The translations under genes and the position numbers were made by a program. Under the pieces are notes generated by a model. It was not told the origin of the DNA. It searched no databases and saw nothing but the letters and a program-made list of their open reading frames with translations. A stretch of 64,000 nt of DNA from the human T2T-CHM13v2.0 reference genome, Homo sapiens. The stretch lies in NCBI RefSeq assembly GCF_009914755.1, contig NC_060941.1. The stretch is one strand, 5' to 3'. Below, in pieces: positions 56,088-64,000 of the stretch (position 1 is its first letter; each line of letters opens with the position of its first letter).

Positions 56088-56359
56088 GGCCAGGCACAGT
56101 GGCTCACACCTGTAATTCCAGCATTTTGGGAGGCCGAGGTGGGAGGATCACTAGAGCTCAGGAGTTTGAGACTGGCCTGGGCAACATAGCAAGACCTCAT
56201 CTCTACTAAAAATCAAGAAAATTAGCCAGGTGTGGTGGTGTGCGCCAGTAGTACCAGCTATTTGGGAGGCTAGGGTGAGAGGATCACTGGAACCCAGGAG
56301 GTCAAGGCTGCAGTAAGCTATGATTATGCCACCGCACCCAAGCCTGGGCAACAGAGTGA
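56088..56359 (+). mobile_element. Alu (J-like)
   Basis: Alu motifs. Confidence 0.88.
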
Positions 56360-57164
56360 AGAAATTTTTTTATGAAAGAAAGAAAATAACACTATGGGAA
56401 GGAAACGTGGTCTAGAAGTTAATTTTGCTGTAACTCATCAGCAACACTACTGGAATCTCAAAGTCAGAGTTTCAGAGGGACCACCTGACTTTCATCACAT
56501 TTTCCTCCCCCTTCTTCGGCCTGGCCTGCAGAAGGCTGCACCTGCATGTGAATCTAGCAAACTACCGCTCTGCATTTCCCTCTCCTTGTCTAGCAGCAGG
56601 ACTCAGGGCCACACCCCCGCGGGCTCGTATTCCTTCATTCCCACATCTCTTCAATCGGCTCCAGGATGCCACCTGCTGAAGTCAGAAGCCCTTCTGCTAT
56701 CAGGTGCCATTGAGGAGCATCACTCCATCCTCAACAGCACCAGCTATGGACCTAAAGGTTTCAGGGATTCTATGACCCCACCGTCTCTCACAAAGTTGTC
56801 CAAGTTTCCTACTCTACATCTACCAGCTCCACCTGGCTACCTCTGCTCAGTAGAGTTATCTATGTCTCACTTGTTTACCAATCTTTGGTCAAAAGTGTGT
56901 TTGTGGTCCTTTGGTTCTTTCTCTCCCACTCCCTGGCTCCCTCTTTACCTTCAAAGTCATTCAGGGAATACTACAGTTAAGCAAGTACTGTGCCATGCCA
57001 CGGGTTTCCAAAATGAATAAGACACAGCCCTCAAGTTGTTCAAAGTTTAATAGGGAAGACAAAGACATAAAAATGATTACATAACAAAGCAGAAAGGTAG
57101 TCTAGGTACTATGGTGTCTTGAAAGAGAAATAAATATGCTCTGGCTGAGGCAAGAAATGCTGAC

Positions 57165-59262
<2,098 letters not shown>

Positions 59263-59625
59263 TTTAAATGGGGACAGACATTTGAACTTGATCTTAAAGG
59301 ACGTGCTCCTTGGGCAGACGATAGCAGGAAGAAAATTCTGGGCAGAAAGAATAAAATGAGAAAAGGCATGGAAGCCGCAAAAGAGCAATATGCATTCAGG
59401 GAAGTAAACATGGCTGCGACTGGAGAACAGGGCACATACTCCGGAGTGAGCGGCAGAAACTGACCTAGCAGTGGAGTAAAGAGATAGATAATGAAAGCTC
59501 TATATGCCAACCAAGGAAGAGGCCATGGGATGCCTTCCATGAGAATGAGGTCTCCCAGGAAAATGACTTAACCAAGTTGCCAGGCTCAATCCCTCTTGTC
59601 AAGGAAGTCTCCTTCCGTCAACTCA

Positions 59626-59870
59626 GAATCATCCAATGACTACACTCCACTTTGGCCAGCCAACAGTCCTTCTGGAATCATCCAATGACTACACTCCACT
59701 TTGGCCAGCCAACAGTCCTTCTGGAAATATCCAACGACTACACTCCACTTTGGCCAGCCAACAGTCCTTCTGGAATCATCCAACAACTACACTCCACTTT
59801 GGCCAGCCAACAGTCCTTCTGGAAATATCCAACGACTACACTCCACTTTGGCCAGCCAACAGTCCTTCTG
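59626..59870. repeat. 49-bp minisatellite x5
   Basis: tacactccactttggccagccaacagtccttct at 59641, 59690 and onward. Confidence 0.95.
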
Positions 59871-61600
59871 ACATTTATAAGATACACTTATTTACAGTAT
59901 TGGTTGTTCTCAGTTTTCTTCCCAGCAGGGTATAGACTCCTTGAGGACAGTCTCGTTTCCAATCTTAACTCTGTCAGTCCAAGTACAGGAGTAGCCTGAG
60001 GAGCCCCTGGGATGTTGAATGAGATTGGCAGTTTGAACCAAGCTCTTTAGCTTCCCTAACCTCTCTTTACTCATGTTTTCACCCTGTTTGAACTGCCCTA
60101 CTAATCACAAACTCATTCAGAATTTCGCCCTCATCTGTTTCAAACACCACTTCCTTACGAGGGCCTTCTTTGCCTCCCCACCTGGATATGAACTCCTCCC
60201 TCTTTAAAAAGGGTGTATTTTGTACTTTTCTTATGGCACTGATTTCCTCATCTCTTATATTAAAGTTACTGGGTATTGCTGTCATCTTACACATCTCTTG
60301 CCCTCAGCTACTGGAATCTAAACACCTTAGCCAAGGGTTTATGCCTTTCTGAGCCTTGCAGCTCCCAGCACTGTGCTGGGCAGGGTCTGAACTGAACTGT
60401 TTAACCGGCAGCAAAAATGATAGAATCAGAGACAGAAATAACCATTATCACAAAAGTTTTTTTAAATCCTAGAAGAAACTACACAAAACAGGATGCAGGC
60501 ATCAAGAACACAGAATGTGTGTTGAATCAATTTGTGACCACTTGGCTTGTTTATTTCCATCACATGGATTTTATTTTGCTAGAACTCCAGAAGACTCAGA
60601 CAAAAAGTAATGGCCTCCCAGCTGCTGCGTTCCCAAGTCTGTGGTTTTCCTATGATATAAACAAAGGACTCTGGAGGCACGGTCTCTGTTCGTATTTGCT
60701 GGTGTGGGCACGGGGCAGAAGTGGAGGGTGGGACGGGGCAGGGTTTGAGGGAAATCCACCGAACGAACCGACAGTTCGTATAAGCAACACTTGCAGTGTT
60801 AAACCCCTTCCAACCGTGATTTTATTGAAAAAAAAAAATCCCACTCTTCCTTTGGTGAATGTGAAAATTCTTTCGGCAGCTGCATTCCGATCTGAAGTGT
60901 GTGGCAGTTCAGGAGAGATGGCAGCTGGCACAGATCCCACTCAGGATGTAGAGAATGCTTACCAGCAGCGAGGGGATCATGAGAGCTGGCAAAACGAATC
61001 CTCTAAGCAGATGGACTGGCCTCACTTTGCCTGCTCAGAGTGTTCTCCTGTGAATGCTGAGAATACTGGAAGTACCCATCAGCACCGGACTGCTGAAAAG
61101 ATCAGCTTTTTGAATAAAACTGTGACATCAGCTATTTTAGGACTTGCCACTTCAGTTCATAAAACCCTAAAGCCTACATTTTGGTTTTAATCTTATTTTT
61201 GTTAAATATTTACAATCTACTGCAAAACCAAATTCAGACCAAATGTCTGCTTACACAACCTTGTGACATGGTCATTCCTCCTGACAAGAGGGAGAGGGAA
61301 CTAACATTTAATGAGCATTTACTATGTGCCTGGCACTAGACCCGCCCGTTCCATGTTTCATCCTCACAGCAATGCTGGGAGGCAGAGATCCACAGTTCAC
61401 TTGGGGTATGTGGGCCCAGATGATGTCACGTTGGCCCAGACAGGTGAATCATTTGCTCAACACCCCAAAGGAAACCCTGGAGGAGTTAGGTCTGTCTGAC
61501 TCTAAAGTTAGTGTTCCTCCCACTGCCCTCTGGTACTGGCCAGTATAACCTAGATAAATTGTTTCTCCAGAATTTGCTACAAGAGCCTATGACTCTAGAG

Positions 61601-61829
61601 CAGACATTGGCAAACTTTTTCTGTAAAGGGCCAGACAGTAAATATTTAATTTTTTTAGCTTTGTGGGCTAGTCTCTGTTGCAATGGCTCAATTCTACCAC
61701 TATATTGCAAAAAGGCAGCCATAGATAATACATAAATAAAGGAACATGGCTGTATTCCAATAAAACTTTATTTTCAAATACAAGCAGTGGGCCAGATCTG
61801 GTTCCCAGGCTCTAGTTTGCCAACCCCTG
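61601..61829 (+). mobile_element. MER58A-like hAT-Charlie MITE
   Basis: ttggcaaactttttctgtaaagggccag...agtttgccaacccctg. 8-bp flanks ctctagag/ctctacaa. Confidence 0.8.
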
Positions 61830-62528
61830 CTCTACAAAGTTCTAGAGTTGCAGCTGCATGTTACTTGGGTTTAGCATAACAAAGGCCCATTTCCAACTTA
61901 ATTAACAAAAATGAATCTCCCATATTCAAGACTACAAGAGAGATAAAAGAGGGGGTGAAAGACATGGTCTGTGCACTTACGGAATTGACATTCATTTGGG
62001 AAAAAAAGGCATAGGCACATAAAAGTCAAAAATAGGAAGATGAGGTAGCGCTCAGTAAGTGCCAAAGGAGGAGACTTGAGGGCCAAGGGCTGACTGATGG
62101 GCCACCACGATATTAGAAAACCAGAGTTCACAACCTGATCAAATACTCTTACATTGGCACCAGAGCTCAGAAGGAGTTGGAAAAACCTCTCAGTGGGCAA
62201 GAATGAAGAATGAGTCAGAAGTTACTACTTTAAGCACTAATGAAAACACCCATTCTGGTGAGACCACACCAAGGTTTTTAGCATGTGTCAGATACTAATC
62301 AAAGATAATACGTAAATAAAGGACATGGCTGATTGGTTTTTAATTAACAAAAATGAATCTCCCATATTCAAGACTACATGAGAGATAAAAGAGGGGTGAA
62401 AGACATGGTCTGTGCACTTACGGAATTGACATTCATTTGGGAAAAAAAGGCATAGGCACATAAAAGCCAAAAATAGGAACATGAGAGGAACATGAGGTAG
62501 CGCTCAGTAATTAAAAATGATCCATCTC

Positions 62529-62828
62529 AGCTGGGCACTGTGGCTCATGCCTGTAATCCCAGCACTTGGGGAGGACTCGGTGGGAAGACTGCTTGACGCC
62601 AGGAGTTCAGGACCAGCCTGGGCAACATAGCAAGACTCTTAGCTCTACAAAAAATTTAAAAAGTAGTTGGACACAGTGGCATGCACCTGTGGTCTCAGCT
62701 ACTTGGGAGGCTGAGGCAGGAGGACTGATGAGCCCAGAGGGTCAAGGCTGCAGGGAGTCATGGTGGCACCACTGCACTCCAGCCTGAGTGACAGAGAGAG
62801 ACCCTGTCTCTAAAAAAATATAAATAAA
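62529..62828 (+). mobile_element. Alu (J-like)
   Basis: Alu motifs. Confidence 0.88.
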
Positions 62829-63115
62829 CCACAGACAACATCTCCTTTAGACTCATCAAACACATTTACTTCGTCTCTTTTTTTTTTGCCATCCTCCAAT
62901 ACTGTGATGCTCTGTCTCATTCTAAAAGGACAAGCAACTGAACTGACGCAGGTGCGACACTAACTGAGTGCTTTCAGGAACTCCGGGGCCTCTCCATTCT
63001 CCTCAGCTGATCCTTTACGCTCCGATGAGCCTGGAGAAGCTACAGACAAGGGCCAGTAGAAGCCACCTTGGGCTGCTCTCGTTAGTTTGTAGGATGCCAT
63101 TTCCCAAGACCTTAC

Positions 63116-63194
63116 CTTGCTCATGGCAGTCAGGGCAGGATCACAGGCAGCATCCAGATCCTGAACCAGCAGCTGAATACTGCTGGAGATGACG
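63116..63194 (-). CDS. VPS53: VPS53 exon 17: (T)[26 protein letters not shown]; earlier exons lie right of the window
   Basis: Acceptor ttgcag|CGT, donor AAG|gtaagg. 79 nt, phase 2/0. Confidence 0.96.
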
Positions 63195-63537
63195 CTGCAA
63201 ATCAAACAAATCACTGTGGTCACCCTTTCAAACAACGGCCGTCTGAATGACTGACACTCAGGCCCCTGTGTAAAAATCAGATTCATCATTTCACTGGCAA
63301 AGTTTGAGCTTTAATTAATGACAGCGGAGGAACAGCTTGGCTCTTTCTTCATGTCCTGGTTTTATCTGGGTGTGTCCTCACCCAGTCAGGATATAGAATC
63401 CCACGGTCAGTCTCCCTAATCACCACCCCAGTATCCCTGTTCACATCTTCCTCCCAAAGAACCTGCTTCCCAAAAATGTTTAAGTCAGAACTGAAGAAAA
63501 TAAAAAGCTAAGAAAAGTGGAGGAAATAAACTAAGAA

Positions 63538-63669
63538 GAGAATTTTGATTCTTCGTCAATAAGTGGTTGATGTGAAAGCTGAGAATTTTGATTCTTCGTC
63601 AATAAGTGGTTGATGTGAAAGCTGAGAATTTTGATTCTTCGTCAATAAGTGGTTGATGTGAAAGCTGAG
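63538..63669. repeat. 43-bp perfect tandem repeat x3
   Basis: gagaattttgattcttcgtcaataagtggttgatgtgaaagct at 63538, 63581 and 63624. Confidence 0.96.
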
Positions 63670-64000
63670 GCCTGGCCCATGCCTGTCTCATTTAATGGCA
63701 GTGGAACAGAAACTGACCACAACAAAAATACCACAAGGTCCTAACAGGGAAAGAAGACTTTACTGTTAGAACTTCCTGGACGGACCTCCCCTGCCACTCC
63801 CACACTCTTATTCCCTCGGTGGCTAAATTTAAGCCATTTATACTTTATACTTTAAAACACTGAAGGTAGGCCTGGCCTTCTGTGGGTTTAGGTGGGGGCA
63901 GATCAGCAATGGCCAAGGGAGAATGTCTTCTCTGTGGTTATTCTTCACAGTGAGACAATGAAGACCCCATAAGCTAAAAGAGCAACTGCATCTGAGGAGG

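Noticed and set aside
55040-57020. ORFs 55040..55375, 55068..55529 and 56394..57020
   Set aside because: The first two translate the purine tract. The third has no recognisable homology and overlaps degenerate L2-like sequence.

Overview
This is human (or great-ape) genomic DNA, not microbial. I recognise it as distal 17p13.3. Two genes lie in tandem on the minus strand. RFLNB (refilin-B/FAM101B) contributes coding exon 1 (1820-2029) and its CpG-island promoter. VPS53 (GARP/EARP tethering subunit) contributes its last six coding exons, all GT-AG and in phase, plus a 3'UTR of about 10.5 kb. The rest is Alu, L1, MIR, L2, LTR and DNA-transposon sequence with about 20 tandem repeats. I found no RNA gene, CRISPR array or convincing new protein-coding gene, and nearly all ORF-track entries are GC, Alu or VNTR artefacts. 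The best leads are regulatory or structural: (i) several minisatellites that appear to have amplified out of MIR/L2 fragments; (ii) a CpG-rich VNTR that multiplies tandem ETS sites; (iii) a VPS53 3'UTR where poly(A) choice would switch about 2.9 kb of tandem repeat in or out; (iv) an intron-19 poly(A) isoform that competes with the donor at Gln695; (v) a triplicated splice acceptor; (vi) a MER41A LTR with a CArG-like/ETS pair upstream of RFLNB. Repeat-family names, exon numbers and literature links are from memory. Repeat boundaries are approximate.
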